A stretch of DNA of 64,000 nt from Candidatus Latescibacterota bacterium (GTDB lineage: Bacteria; Latescibacterota; UBA2968; UBA8231), in contig OZ242005.1 of assembly GCA_965204725.1 (NCBI GenBank), positions 3,840,001 to 3,904,000 on the forward strand, written 5' to 3'. Under the pieces are notes generated by a model, which was given only the letters and a program-made list of their open reading frames with translations, did no database searches and had not been told where the DNA came from. This document shows, in pieces, positions 29,007 through 39,399 of the stretch. Position numbers and translations under genes: made by a program. Each line of letters opens with the position of its first letter. The first letter of the stretch is position 1.

Positions 29007-29889
29007 TCGTCACTTCATAGCCATCCTCAACTCGAGATTCGTCAACTACGTTTTGATCCGGATATTTCCTGATATGCCAATCTATCAATTTATTCGTTTT
29101 TTTTCGATAGACTAAAACATATTCTGTTACAGGTACGGCCTTGTACTGCAACGGATTTCTATCAGCCGCAAATCTTCTGCCTCGTCCCGTTGCCCAGCCA
29201 GCCCCTTCCGGTTTTACCCATATTATGTCATCAATAAACTCAAATCCTTCTTCAATAAAAATTCTATGAAAATCAAAAGGAACAGCTATTCTTTTAGAAG
29301 ACTCACTCCGGCTTGCACGGCGAATAAGCACTGGTGATATATTTATGACAAAAAACCTACCTTCGTTTAGAACCCTATGGCATTGGTGTATTATTTTTTT
29401 CATTTTGAGCAAGTATTCATCGTATTGAATATAATCAGAATACTCGGGTCGAGCATTATAGTAGGGTAGAGAAGTAAAGACAAGATCTATAGATTCAGAA
29501 GGTGTCTGCAAAAGCAACTCCTCACTATCTCCCCAACCAACCGTATTTCTCAATTTTGAAACTCTGGGTACTTCTGTTTTTTTCCGCTTCTTGGTTGTAC
29601 CATTTGCACGGCCGAGTAGCCTCGCCTCTAAGATCTCCTTTTGCGTCGTCTTCTTTTCTTGTATTAAGCTCGTATAAGCATCAATCACAATTTCGCCAAC
29701 CTTATGGCCCCCTTTACCTTTCAAGGGCACCCGCCAGATATGATAGCGATCATCTACTTCTGGAAGTCCAAACTGAATCGCATTTTCGAGATCAATATCT
29801 TTTAGATAATTCACAGAAACTCTCTTCGCATCCTCGACATTTTTTACGCGATACTTTCGTCTATCATAGACTGTTGATTTCTGTAGCAT
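29007..29889 (-). pseudogene. N4/N6 DNA methyltransferase (beta class), 3'-truncated by IS
   Basis: IDLVFTSLPYY (SPPY variant), DDIIWVKP; no HPA/FxGxG half; markedly low GC. Confidence 0.85.
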
Positions 29890-30122
29890 AATACCTCCAA
29901 TAAATCTAGATACTGACCCTGAACAGAGCCAACGGCGTGTTTGATCGCGGGACCCTATATATGGACCGATCTCCGCCGGCCTGAGACAATTAGGAATATA
30001 TTCGCAGAGGTATGAAAGTCAATCTCGGATCGGCGAGATGGTAGAAGTCTAGGGAATGTCTCTGTGCGGAGCGATCTGACATGGGCTAGCGCGATTAACA
30101 GTCTAAGACGAAGCGCGCTGGC

Positions 30123-30994
30123 CTACCGGCGATACTGGTCGAGCGGCCCTCGCCTCGGATCGAAGGTCGTAGCGTGGTTCCACGAAGCGTCGTGCTTGTA
30201 CATCACGTCCCGGATTAGGCGACGGCGGTAGAGGCTGTCGAGGTTGGCGGCGGCCATTTTATCGGGGTCGAAGCGGTCTAAAATCAGCCCGCGCAAGTGC
30301 GTCTCAACTGCGGTGTGCTCGGCTGCACCGGCGAGGTTGTTCCACTCGCCGGGATCGTTCTCCAAGTCAAAAAGCTGTGGCTGGTGGCCGTGGATATAAT
30401 TGTATTTGAACCGGCCCTCGCGGACCATGATGCAGGGGGCACCCACGGCCTCGTGAGCTTGGGCGAAGATGTGGCGTTCAGCTTGCTGGCCCTCAATGAT
30501 TGGCAGGAGGCTGGTGCCATCGTGGGGCAAGCTCGCCTCGGCACCGGCTAATTCGCAAAAGGTCGGCAGCAGGTCGAGGAGTGAGGTCGGCGTTCCGACA
30601 GCGGTGCCGGCCTGCCATTGGTCGGGGAAGCGGACGAGGAGGGGGACTCGGCAGGACCACTCGTAAAAACAGCGCTTCTGCACCATCTCCTTTTCGCACA
30701 ACATATCGCCGTGATCGGAGGTAAAGACCACAACCGTATTGTCGAGGAGGCCCATTTGCTCCAAGGTCGTCAGCAGACAACCGACCTTGTCGTCGAGGTA
30801 CGTCACCAAGCCGTAGTACGCACGGCGCAGGCGGCGCAGGCTCTCGGGCTCGCGCAAGTTGAAGCAAAGCGGACGCCTTCGGCCGCGAGGCGCTTCAAGT
30901 GCGGCGTCTGGACGACCGGGTGGCCGTAGGCACCGGTCAGAGCGGCGATGAGTTGATCGGACATTACGAAGAGGATGTTGGGGCGGTCGGGCAT
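30123..30994 (-). pseudogene. Choline-sulfatase-like sulfatase with internal deletion
   Basis: RPNILFVMSDQ..TPHLKRLAAEGVRF joins out of frame near 30860 to RRAYYGLV..FTSDHG..LFDLENDPGE; CxPxR segment missing. Confidence 0.85.
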
Positions 30995-31032
30995 GGCTTA
31001 GCTCCAGCGATAGGCGGATTGCATGTAAATTT

Positions 31033-32010
31033 TTACGGCCTAAGCAGGCCCTGCAGATAGGCGACCGAGGCTTCGAGTTGGGCCATTTCATACTCTACTC
31101 GGGCCTCGGGGGATTCACCGCGCTCGTGCGGCGTTTGCCAGTCCTCGGGGTCACCAGCCGCCTGATGCAGGGTGCGGATGGCACGTATGGCCTCTGGGAG
31201 CGGTCTGTGGGGAAAGGCCGCCCACCAGTCCTCTTCCAAAAGGCGAATGTGGCGGGCGACACTCGCGCCAAGTTCAATGCAGCCCTCGACATGCGGCACC
31301 TCGCGGTCGAATAGCGCGATGATCTCCGGCCAATCAACGACCCCGTCGCCGATGGCACAGCGCTTGAGGCGATAGCCCGAGGGCGTGGGGTGGACCGCGT
31401 AGTCCTTGATGTGGACGTGTTTGAGGATGGGCAAGATGCGCTTGGCAAAGGATAGGGGATGCTCGCCGACGGCAAGGGCATTGCCTACATCCAAGGTGAC
31501 GCCCAACTGCGGGCTGCCGACTTTTTCGCACAGCGACAGCAATTCCCACGAGCACAGATCTTGGTGGTTTTCAATACCCACCGGAATACCGTATTCCTCG
31601 GCGAGTGGCATGACTTCTTTGAAGGGCTGTACCAAGGCTTCGATGTAAGCCCGCATCCCCTCGGCACCATACTCGGTGCGGTTGCCTTCGAGGAGGCGGC
31701 TGACCGTGGTGCGCACAGCGCGGGCACCGGTTTGGTGCGCGGTCTCAATGGCTTGGCGCAGCGGCGCGATGTCTGCGGCGTAGTTGTCGCCGCCCGTGTC
31801 CAAAAACAGATTGAGACCAGCGCGCGTCTCGGCAAAAACCGCCCGCTCCTCGGGCGAGCAGTCGCCCAGCCATTGGGCTGCGAATTCGACGCTGCGGAGG
31901 CCCTGGTCCTTAGCCAAGCGCGTCAGGCCCTCGGGAGTGTGGGGATCCATGGCGCGACCGGCTTGGCGGTGGACGCCGGTAAAGCTCCAAGCGCAGAGGC
32001 CAATTTTCAT
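31033..32010 (-). CDS. Sugar-phosphate isomerase/epimerase (TIM barrel)
   Basis: IENHQD, LDVGN, HVHIKD, GDGVVDW, IE motifs. Confidence 0.88.
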   Translation of the reverse strand: MKIGLCAWSFTGVHRQAGRAMDPHTPEGLTRLAKDQGLRSVEFAAQWLGDCSPEERAVFAETRAGLNLFLDTGGDNYAADIAPLRQAIETAHQTGARAVRTTVSRLLEGNRTEYGAEGMRAYIEALVQPFKEVMPLAEEYGIPVGIENHQDLCSWELLSLCEKVGSPQLGVTLDVGNALAVGEHPLSFAKRILPILKHVHIKDYAVHPTPSGYRLKRCAIGDGVVDWPEIIALFDREVPHVEGCIELGASVARHIRLLEEDWWAAFPHRPLPEAIRAIRTLHQAAGDPEDWQTPHERGESPEARVEYEMAQLEASVAYLQGLLRP

Positions 32011-33284
32011 GCGCGTCTCGTTTCGGTCAACTGGTCGAGAGGGACGTTTTGCTCGACGCCGGTGGATAGGGTTTTGATCCGCACCTGACCGGCGGCCCAT
32101 TCGTCCGGGGCCAGCAAGACCAGCCGTGCGGCCCCGATCTGATCGGCGCGGCGAAAGGCCCAGCGGACTTTTTTGTCTTCGAGGACCAAGTCAACCGAGC
32201 GGCCGGTCTGCCGCAGTCGGGCCGCCACGTCCATGGCGGCCGGGCGCAGATCGGCGTTGAAGGCAAAGACTAGATCGTCCACGGCCTTGGGGACCGCGGG
32301 CAGCAGCCCTTGTGCTTTGAGCAATTCGACGATGACCGCGTCGCCACAGCCAAAACCGCAGGCCGGTGCGTCTTGGCCGCCAAAAGTCGAAAGCAGGCGG
32401 TCGTAGCGGCCGCCGCCGCAGATGGCGCGTAGATCGCCACCGCGGTCAAAAGCCTCAAAGACGATGCCGGTATAATAGGCCAGCCCCCGCACTAGACTCG
32501 CCTCAAAAGAGAGCCAATCGACATAGCCATAATCAGCGGCCAAGTCGAAGAGACGATGCAATTCGGCAATACCGGAGTGGTCGGTTCCGATTGCGGCCGC
32601 GATCTGGTCGAGTTCGTCCCAAGAGAGGGCCTCGATAATGCGGTCGACCATGCCGCGGTCCAAGCCCAAGGCGGCCATGTCGCCCTCAATGGCTGTGCGC
32701 GGCACCTTTTCCAACTTGTCAATCAGGACGCACACCGGCGCGAACCGGTCGTCGGGTACGCCGAGGCTTTCGAGCAGCCCTTGGAGAATTTTGCGATTGG
32801 ATACCTTAATGCCGACGTCCGCCGGGCCGAGGCCGAGGCCCGCGAAAAAGGTGGTGAGAGCGGCGAGCAACTCGGCCTCTGCGGTCACCGCGGAAACGCC
32901 GACAATGTCCATATTCCACTGATAGTGTTCGCGTCTGCGACCGCGGGTCATGCGCTCGTAGCGCCAACACTGGGGGATGCTGAACCACTTGAGCGGCAGG
33001 GCCAAGGAGCCGCCCTTTTGCAGCACCAACCGGGCCAGCGACGGGGTCATTTCTGGGCGCAGGGCTAGGCGGCGGCCTCCTTTGTCGGCAAAGTTGTAGA
33101 GTTGGTCGGTGATTTCCTCGCCGGCTTTGCGCGTGTAGAGTGCCTCGGATTCCACGACCGGAGCGTCGTACTCTTCAAAGGCGAAGCGAGCCGCCACCGC
33201 GCGAAAGTGGCCCAGCAGCCAGTTGTGCTGGCGCATATCCTCGGGGAAAAAATCGCGGGTGCCGCGGGGTGGAGATAGGTCCAT
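32007..33284 (-). CDS. hisS: Histidine--tRNA ligase
   Basis: PRGTRDF, LRPEMTPSLAR, WRYER, VRGLAYYTG, GGGRYD. Confidence 0.97.
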   Translation of the reverse strand: MDLSPPRGTRDFFPEDMRQHNWLLGHFRAVAARFAFEEYDAPVVESEALYTRKAGEEITDQLYNFADKGGRRLALRPEMTPSLARLVLQKGGSLALPLKWFSIPQCWRYERMTRGRRREHYQWNMDIVGVSAVTAEAELLAALTTFFAGLGLGPADVGIKVSNRKILQGLLESLGVPDDRFAPVCVLIDKLEKVPRTAIEGDMAALGLDRGMVDRIIEALSWDELDQIAAAIGTDHSGIAELHRLFDLAADYGYVDWLSFEASLVRGLAYYTGIVFEAFDRGGDLRAICGGGRYDRLLSTFGGQDAPACGFGCGDAVIVELLKAQGLLPAVPKAVDDLVFAFNADLRPAAMDVAARLRQTGRSVDLVLEDKKVRWAFRRADQIGAARLVLLAPDEWAAGQVRIKTLSTGVEQNVPLDQLTETRRA

Positions 33285-33405
33285 AGCGAGGGTTTCCTAC
33301 AAAATTATCGGGGTAAGGGCAGGCTGCGCTGAGACCGGGCCGAGGGGGCGATCCTTGCGCGATCCTTAGCAGTGATTTTTATGTTTGTCAGGGTGGATTG
33401 ATCCG

Positions 33406-33675
33406 CTAGCCGAACAGCTTTAAGGCTCCGATGAGGCCCCATGTCGCCACTTGCAGAGCAATGACCCAGCGCAAGAGGCTGTTCATCTTGGCTTCAAGCG
33501 ACTCGCGGTAGGCATCGATCTTAGCCTCAAGCACCTCGCGGTTAGCGTCAATTTTAGCTTCAACGCGCCCCAAGCGGACATCGATTTGCTCGACAATGCC
33601 CTCCAGCCGGGCGATGCGTCCCTCGTGATCCAACGGATACGGTCGCTCCGGCGGCTTCTCAGTCATATTGGTCAT
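33406..33675 (-). CDS. Small coiled-coil protein with C-terminal TM helix (DUF1640-like)
   Basis: 11-aa repeats EAKIDAxRExL, hydrophobic tail, AGGAG RBS. Confidence 0.7.
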   Translation of the reverse strand: MTNMTEKPPERPYPLDHEGRIARLEGIVEQIDVRLGRVEAKIDANREVLEAKIDAYRESLEAKMNSLLRWVIALQVATWGLIGALKLFG

Positions 33676-33758
33676 AATCAAAGCTCCTTTCTACGTGCTC
33701 ATTGAACAGGGTGTCCACGAGCGACCTCTATGGTCGCCGGTATAATATCAGGCCGCGA

Positions 33759-34607
33759 CTAGCCCAAAGCAAAGACCGCCTCGCCGACGACGATGGCCAC
33801 AAGCCCTAGCAACATGCCGACTTTGAGCAAGCGGCCGAGGCGGTCGTCGGCCAGCACTGCGCGTTGGCAATACAACTGCCAGAGGACGTAGCCGACCAAG
33901 GCGTGAACCGGCAGCAGGGCCAACGCGTACAGCGCACCGTAAAGGCCCAGGAAAAACGGCATCCAAGTAAATCCAACCAACAGCAAGTACACGAGAGCGG
34001 CCAGCATCCCAGCTCGGGCACGTCCCCACGCAAGAGGCAAGGTGCGCTCGCCGCGGATTGGGTCTCCGGCGACGTCCTCAATGTCCTTGACTATTTCTCG
34101 CCCCAAGTGAAAGAGGAAGGCAAAGAGCGCCGGAATCCACGAGCGGCCTATATCGCCAGCGGCTAGAGCACCATAGGGAAAGGCAGTGGCCCCGATAAAG
34201 GCGACGAGTACATTGCCCCACAGCAGGCTGTTTGTTAAGAAAATAGTATAGAACGCGAGCAAGGCGGCCACGGTTAGGGCAATCGCTCCATGCCAAGGGC
34301 TAAGCCCGAATGCGAGCGCACAGCCGGCTAGGGCGAGGAGCAAACTTTGCATTCGGGCGGCACTCGGGCTGAGGCGACCGGCAGGCAGGGGGCGCAGGGG
34401 GCGATTGATGCGATCAATGTCTATGTCGATCAAATCGTTAAAGGCATTACCGGCGCCGTTGATTAAGGCGGCAGAAAGAGCGGCGAGCACAAGGGCGGGC
34501 CAAGCGGGGAGTTGGTCTGCGGTCAAAGCACCCACGCCGACCGAGAGGGCGGTAATCAGGCCGTTGAGCGGCCTAGGCAGGAGGAAAAAGGCACTGAGTT
34601 GCGACAA
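33759..34607 (-). CDS. UbiA family prenyltransferase (DGGGP synthase-like); start uncertain
   Basis: NDLIDIDIDRINRPLRPLPAG and REIVKDIEDVAGD motifs. Confidence 0.88.
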   Translation of the reverse strand: MSQLSAFFLLPRPLNGLITALSVGVGALTADQLPAWPALVLAALSAALINGAGNAFNDLIDIDIDRINRPLRPLPAGRLSPSAARMQSLLLALAGCALAFGLSPWHGAIALTVAALLAFYTIFLTNSLLWGNVLVAFIGATAFPYGALAAGDIGRSWIPALFAFLFHLGREIVKDIEDVAGDPIRGERTLPLAWGRARAGMLAALVYLLLVGFTWMPFFLGLYGALYALALLPVHALVGYVLWQLYCQRAVLADDRLGRLLKVGMLLGLVAIVVGEAVFALG

Positions 34608-34774
34608 GGGTTTCCGTCTATAGGCAGGTAATTGTCCCCATATAAAAGCAAAGTGCGAAGGGCGTCGCCAAGAGGCGTTTGGCGGCCAAAGTGCGCCGGC
34701 AGATTTGTTCTTGACAGGGCCTAGCGCGCAAAGTACGTTTCCTAACGTTTTGTTTCTCAAAGAGTAAGCTAGCT

Positions 34775-36838
34775 ATGAACTCAATTAAAGGGGCGTTGTG
34801 CGCCTCTCTTTTTTTTAGCGGATTCGCCTTGGCCGATCCGCCCTTGGTCGGCCTGTCTTGGAACGCGCCAAACGAGCTAAGGGCCATCGCCGATCTGAGC
34901 GAGCAAGTGCGCTATGTGGCACGCAACCTAGCTTTTGTCGAGGCCAGCGAAAGCGCGGTCGCGGAGTTCACAAAGCGGGGATTTGCCATCCTGTGCCTCG
35001 ACAGGCCGCAGGCGGGCGACCGCTATTTTGTCACCGCTCACCTCGATCTGCCCCTGCCTCAAGGCGTTGAATTGGTCTTTGTTAGGGGAGGCGAATGGGC
35101 GCTCTTGCGGGTGGGGCCGACCGCCCGCTTGCACGAAGGCCCCTACTTCCTCTGGCCGCTGCCCAACAACTACAGCCTAGACGGATGGTTGGACGCGCCG
35201 AGGCGGGCACCCAAGGCCCTGCAAACCGCCTCGCCGGCCGTGGCGGCCCTTATCGAGGAAGTCGCAGTTGAGCGTTTGCAAGCGCACGTCAACATCCTCG
35301 CGTTGAAAGACCCGGCTTTGGGCAGCGTCCCCGGCAACATGCGCAGCCGCTTTACCGTGCATCCAGAGATACGCGAGTCAGCCGAGTACATCCGCTCGCA
35401 ACTGGCCGCGGCCCTCGGCGACAGAGCGGTCGAGTTGCATCCCTTCCCCATTGCCTCAGAGCGCGTCGTCTTCCACACCTCGCGCCGTGGCAACGAGGGC
35501 CACGCACCGACCGACACCACTGCGTACAACATCATCGGCACCCTGCCGGGCACCGACCCAGAGGCCGGGTACTACATTATCTGCGCTCACTACGACGCCA
35601 CGGGGGTGCGCTCGACCGGCGGCTGGGACTGGATGCGCGAGCCAGCACCCGGTGCCGACGACAATGCCAGCGGCGTGGCCTTGGTCTTGGAAAGCGCTCG
35701 GCTGCTGGCCGCGCAGCAGTTTCCTTGGTCCATCCGCTTTATCGCTTGGTCGGGCGAGGAATTGGGCCTGCTGGGCAGCCAAGCGTACGCCGATTTAGCG
35801 GCCGAGCGCGACGACAAAATTCTCGGCGTGTTCAATTTCGACATGATCGGCTTCAACCATTTGCAGGAGCGGTTGGAGGTGGTGACGAACCCCGGCTCGC
35901 ACTGGCTGGCCGCCGAGATGGAGTCTGCGGCCGAGCGCTACGGCATCGGTCTAGCTATCGACGTGATTGAAGACCCAGGCTCGCGCATCAGCGACCACGC
36001 GCCGTTTTGGAAGTGGGGCTACGACGCAATCGTCGGCATTGAAAACCACCTGCCCACAGACCCAACGACCTACGGTGTGCGCGAGGGGGTCTATCAAATC
36101 AACTCGCAGTACCATACGGTCCTCGATCTACCCGACAGCATTAGCTGGGAGTTGGTGCGCCGCACCACCCAGCTAGCCGTGGCGACGTTGGCCGAGTACG
36201 GGTTGGGAGAAGGCCCGCCGAACTTGGCGGTCTTCACCGGCGATTTGCGCGGCGACCGCACGGACGACCTCCGCGTCCGCGTCAGCAACATCGGGCTGGG
36301 CGCGGTCGCTAGCCGCTTCTCGGTGCGGGTCTCGCAATGCGCCCCAGACTCCAGCCAGTGCCAAGTCATCCACCGGGCACAGGCCCCAGAAGGATTGGCC
36401 CCAGGCGCGAGCGCGGACTTGCGCATTCCCTATCAGCGATTTGGCGAAATGGTCTTTTTGATCGAGGTCGATGCAGAAGGGCAAATCGACGAGGCCAGCG
36501 AGGCGGACAACCGCGTCTTCCAGTACCTGCGCCTAGTGCCGCAGTCGAAGATCGCAGTCTTTCCCAACCCCTTCCGCATCGGCAACGGCCGCGTGCTCCG
36601 CTTCAGCGGCGTACCGCTCAAATCCTCGGTGCGGGTCTTTGGGTCAGCGGGCGATCTAGTGTGGGAAGCAATTGAGGACGACAACGCCCAGAGGCGCTTG
36701 GGGGCCAAGGCCAACGAGGTGCTGTGGTACGGGACGAACCGCACCAACTCGCCCGTGGGCAACGGGGTTTACATCTATGCGATTCACGACCCAGCCGGGA
36801 CCCTGCTAGCGAGGGACAAAATCGCGGTCGTGCGCTGA
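34775..36838 (+). CDS. M28 family peptidase with CARDB-like and FlgD-like C-terminal domains
   Basis: AHYD, PGADDNASG, GEELGL, DMIG, SDH, YHT; VFPNPF...GNGVY. Confidence 0.9.
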   Translation: MNSIKGALCASLFFSGFALADPPLVGLSWNAPNELRAIADLSEQVRYVARNLAFVEASESAVAEFTKRGFAILCLDRPQAGDRYFVTAHLDLPLPQGVELVFVRGGEWALLRVGPTARLHEGPYFLWPLPNNYSLDGWLDAPRRAPKALQTASPAVAALIEEVAVERLQAHVNILALKDPALGSVPGNMRSRFTVHPEIRESAEYIRSQLAAALGDRAVELHPFPIASERVVFHTSRRGNEGHAPTDTTAYNIIGTLPGTDPEAGYYIICAHYDATGVRSTGGWDWMREPAPGADDNASGVALVLESARLLAAQQFPWSIRFIAWSGEELGLLGSQAYADLAAERDDKILGVFNFDMIGFNHLQERLEVVTNPGSHWLAAEMESAAERYGIGLAIDVIEDPGSRISDHAPFWKWGYDAIVGIENHLPTDPTTYGVREGVYQINSQYHTVLDLPDSISWELVRRTTQLAVATLAEYGLGEGPPNLAVFTGDLRGDRTDDLRVRVSNIGLGAVASRFSVRVSQCAPDSSQCQVIHRAQAPEGLAPGASADLRIPYQRFGEMVFLIEVDAEGQIDEASEADNRVFQYLRLVPQSKIAVFPNPFRIGNGRVLRFSGVPLKSSVRVFGSAGDLVWEAIEDDNAQRRLGAKANEVLWYGTNRTNSPVGNGVYIYAIHDPAGTLLARDKIAVVR

Positions 36839-36856
36839 CGCAAAAAAGGCTTGCTC

Positions 36857-37408
36857 ATGGAAACCATCAGCAATTTTGTAACAGCCGCTCGTCTCGTGGA
36901 GCAGCAAGGCGATGGCTACCGCTATGAATTGATTCGCGGGGAGGTAATAAGGATGAGCCCGACCGGAGGCAAACACGGCGTCATTGCCCATCGCATAGGG
37001 CGGTTGCTCGGCAATTGGGCGGAACAACAGGGCATTGGGCTGGTGTTTGCCGCGGAAACCGGATTCAAACTGGCGACCAACCCCGATACCGTGCGCGCGG
37101 CCGATGTGGCCCTCGTGCTAAATGAGCGCATCCCCGCTGCGGGCGTACCCGACAGCTACTGGGAAGGGGCGCCAGATTTGGCGGTGGAAGTGCTCTCTCC
37201 CAATGACAGCGCGAGTGACGTGTTAGACAAGGTGCGCGATTACCTCGCGGCCGGGGCCGAGCAAGTGTGGATCGCAGACCCCAAGAGCAGCGCGGTTTCC
37301 GTGTACCGGTCGTTACAGGATGTGCAGACGCTGACGGAGTGGGAGACGTTAGAAGGGGTCGGAGCCGTAGAAGGCTTTAGGTGTCGGGTTGGGGAGTTTT
37401 TCGTCTAG
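36857..37408 (+). CDS. Uma2 family endonuclease-like protein
   Basis: YELIRG..MSP..H, PDLAVEVLSP, Y..AG..VWIADP. Confidence 0.92.
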   Translation: METISNFVTAARLVEQQGDGYRYELIRGEVIRMSPTGGKHGVIAHRIGRLLGNWAEQQGIGLVFAAETGFKLATNPDTVRAADVALVLNERIPAAGVPDSYWEGAPDLAVEVLSPNDSASDVLDKVRDYLAAGAEQVWIADPKSSAVSVYRSLQDVQTLTEWETLEGVGAVEGFRCRVGEFFV

Positions 37409-37497
37409 CGAGGGCACTTTCTCACTGGGGACATGGGACGCCGAATGTCAAGTATTCGATCGCTGAACATTATGGTTTTGAGAATGCAGAGGAACCC

Positions 37498-38136
37498 TTG
37501 ATTCGCGCAGTTTTGTGGGATAACGACGGCGTACTGGTCGATACCGAGGGGCTGTACTTTCAGGCGGGGCGGGAGGTCATGGCAACGCAGGGTATTGAGC
37601 TGACGCGGGAGGATTTTGTTGAGCAGTCGCTGAAAAAGGGGCAAAGCGTATTTGATTTACTGCCCGATCAAGATGCTGAGTTGGTGGATCGGCTGCGCTT
37701 GCAGCGCAATGCGCGCTACAGCGCGTTGTTGCGGGAACGGGTGCGGGTCTTGGATGGGGTGGTGGAGACGCTCGGGATACTACACGGGCGCGTGCTTATG
37801 GGGGTGGTGACCGGGTCGCGGAAAGATCACTTCGACATTATTCACGCCCAAGCGAATTTGCTCCAGTTTTTCGAGTTCGTGGTCACGCGGGAAGACTACG
37901 AAGAAGCAAAGCCCCATCCCGATGCGTATTTGACGGCCATGCGACTGCATGGGTTGACGCCTGAGACCTGCGTCGTCGTGGAGGATTCTGAACGGGGATG
38001 CGCCGCAGCCGCAAAGGCTGGGTTGCGCGTACTGGTCGTGCCGAATGCGTTGTCGCAACACGGCGATTTTTCGCCGGCGTACAAAGTGCTAGGCTCAGTG
38101 CGAGAGGTGGTAGATGAAGTGGAGCGGTTGCGCTGA
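37498..38136 (+). CDS. HAD family phosphatase
   Basis: WDNDGVLVDTE, KPHPD, VEDSERG. Confidence 0.92.
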   Translation: MIRAVLWDNDGVLVDTEGLYFQAGREVMATQGIELTREDFVEQSLKKGQSVFDLLPDQDAELVDRLRLQRNARYSALLRERVRVLDGVVETLGILHGRVLMGVVTGSRKDHFDIIHAQANLLQFFEFVVTREDYEEAKPHPDAYLTAMRLHGLTPETCVVVEDSERGCAAAAKAGLRVLVVPNALSQHGDFSPAYKVLGSVREVVDEVERLR

Positions 38137-38166
38137 GGGTTATGGACAAAGCCGAACAAGATAAAC

Positions 38167-38865
38167 CTAGCCAAGCCTCACCGGGCAATCCGCACACCGC
38201 TCCCCCGTCCCGCAAAATTCCAATTCACACGTCAGCAGGGCTTCTACCCGCCGCTGCCAGTCGGCTGGGTAGCGCAGGGTTCCTTGCAAGCGGAAGCCGC
38301 TGACCAAAGAGCGCAGCAGGGCAAAGCGCGTCTCGCGGTCGGCGACTTTGGTGCGCACCCGCTGGCGAGCCTCGGCCAAGCAGGCGAGGTACGCAGCAAA
38401 TTCCCCGTCGAAAATTGCTTCGAGGTCTTGCCGCAAGCGGCTCGATAGCGCCGGGCTGGCGTTGGAGGTGGAGATGCTCAGCCGCAGGTGGCCCGGATGC
38501 ACCAAGGCCGCCATGCCAATGTTGGAATAGGCCGGGTTGTCGTAGGAGTTGATCAAGGCTTTGCGCGCCAAGGCGAGTTCATGCACCCGCGCCGTCAGCG
38601 CGTGGTCGCGCACGGTGTTCAACACCAAGAAGACGCCGTCGAGGTCGCCCTCGGCAAAGCAGCGCCGATGGTGGGTGAGGCGTCCGGCCGCAGCCCATTC
38701 GACGAGCGCGGGCGTCGCGCTGGGGCTAACCACCGTCAAGCGCGCACCGGCGGTTAGCAAACGCCGCGCCTTGTCATCGGCCTCGCGCCCGCCGCCGATG
38801 ATCAAGCAGGGCTGCTCCATCACGTCGAGCCCTACCTGAAAATAGGGATTGAGCGGCTCGCTCAC
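38167..38865 (-). CDS. sirC: Precorrin-2 dehydrogenase / sirohydrochlorin ferrochelatase (SirC, CysG N-terminal type)
   Basis: CLIIGGGREA..K, INSYDNP, ISTSNASPALS. Confidence 0.8.
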   Translation of the reverse strand: MSEPLNPYFQVGLDVMEQPCLIIGGGREADDKARRLLTAGARLTVVSPSATPALVEWAAAGRLTHHRRCFAEGDLDGVFLVLNTVRDHALTARVHELALARKALINSYDNPAYSNIGMAALVHPGHLRLSISTSNASPALSSRLRQDLEAIFDGEFAAYLACLAEARQRVRTKVADRETRFALLRSLVSGFRLQGTLRYPADWQRRVEALLTCELEFCGTGERCADCPVRLG

Positions 38866-39284
38866 GCGCCCGAATCGCCGCTTAGGGCCGCGTAGGCTTT
38901 GTCGTCGCCCGCGCCGAATTCGACCGGAAAGCCGAGGGCCTGCCAGCCGCGCTCGGTGGGCGACCCGCCAAAACCGGCGGTGACGTTAGCCACATCCACA
39001 AAACCAGCGGCCGCGAGGGCCTCACAGGCGCGCATGGAACGAGCGCCCGACTGGCAGCCGACGAGGAGCTTGGCATCTGCGGCAAAATGGGCTTGGACCA
39101 CTCGCACGAAATCGGGGTTGGGCACCATGCCCACGGCGTGGCGGTGCAGGATCGGGATGTTGAACGCGCCGGCCGGATGACCGCTCTCGTATTCGGGGAT
39201 AGAGCGGACGTCGATGTAAATCGCACCCGCGTCGCCGGCGAGCAATTCCTTCGCCTCAGTGGGACTGACGTTTCGATAGCTCAC
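38862..39284 (-). CDS. Rhodanese-like protein
   Basis: IDVR..EY..GH..GA.NIP, CQSGARS. Confidence 0.9.
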   Translation of the reverse strand: MSYRNVSPTEAKELLAGDAGAIYIDVRSIPEYESGHPAGAFNIPILHRHAVGMVPNPDFVRVVQAHFAADAKLLVGCQSGARSMRACEALAAAGFVDVANVTAGFGGSPTERGWQALGFPVEFGAGDDKAYAALSGDSGA

Positions 39285-39399
39285 GATACCTCCGTTTGAC
39301 AATGTCTGCTTTGTGGGATTGAATAAAGGTAAGGTTAAGGTAACACACTACTTTACTTTCGCCACCTACAAGCCCCTAGCCCCAGAGGGCCGGAGGAAG

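Noticed and set aside
30995-31091. N-terminus of the 322-aa ORF 30123-31091
   Set aside because: Artefact of the sulfatase deletion; the true start is in another frame at 30994
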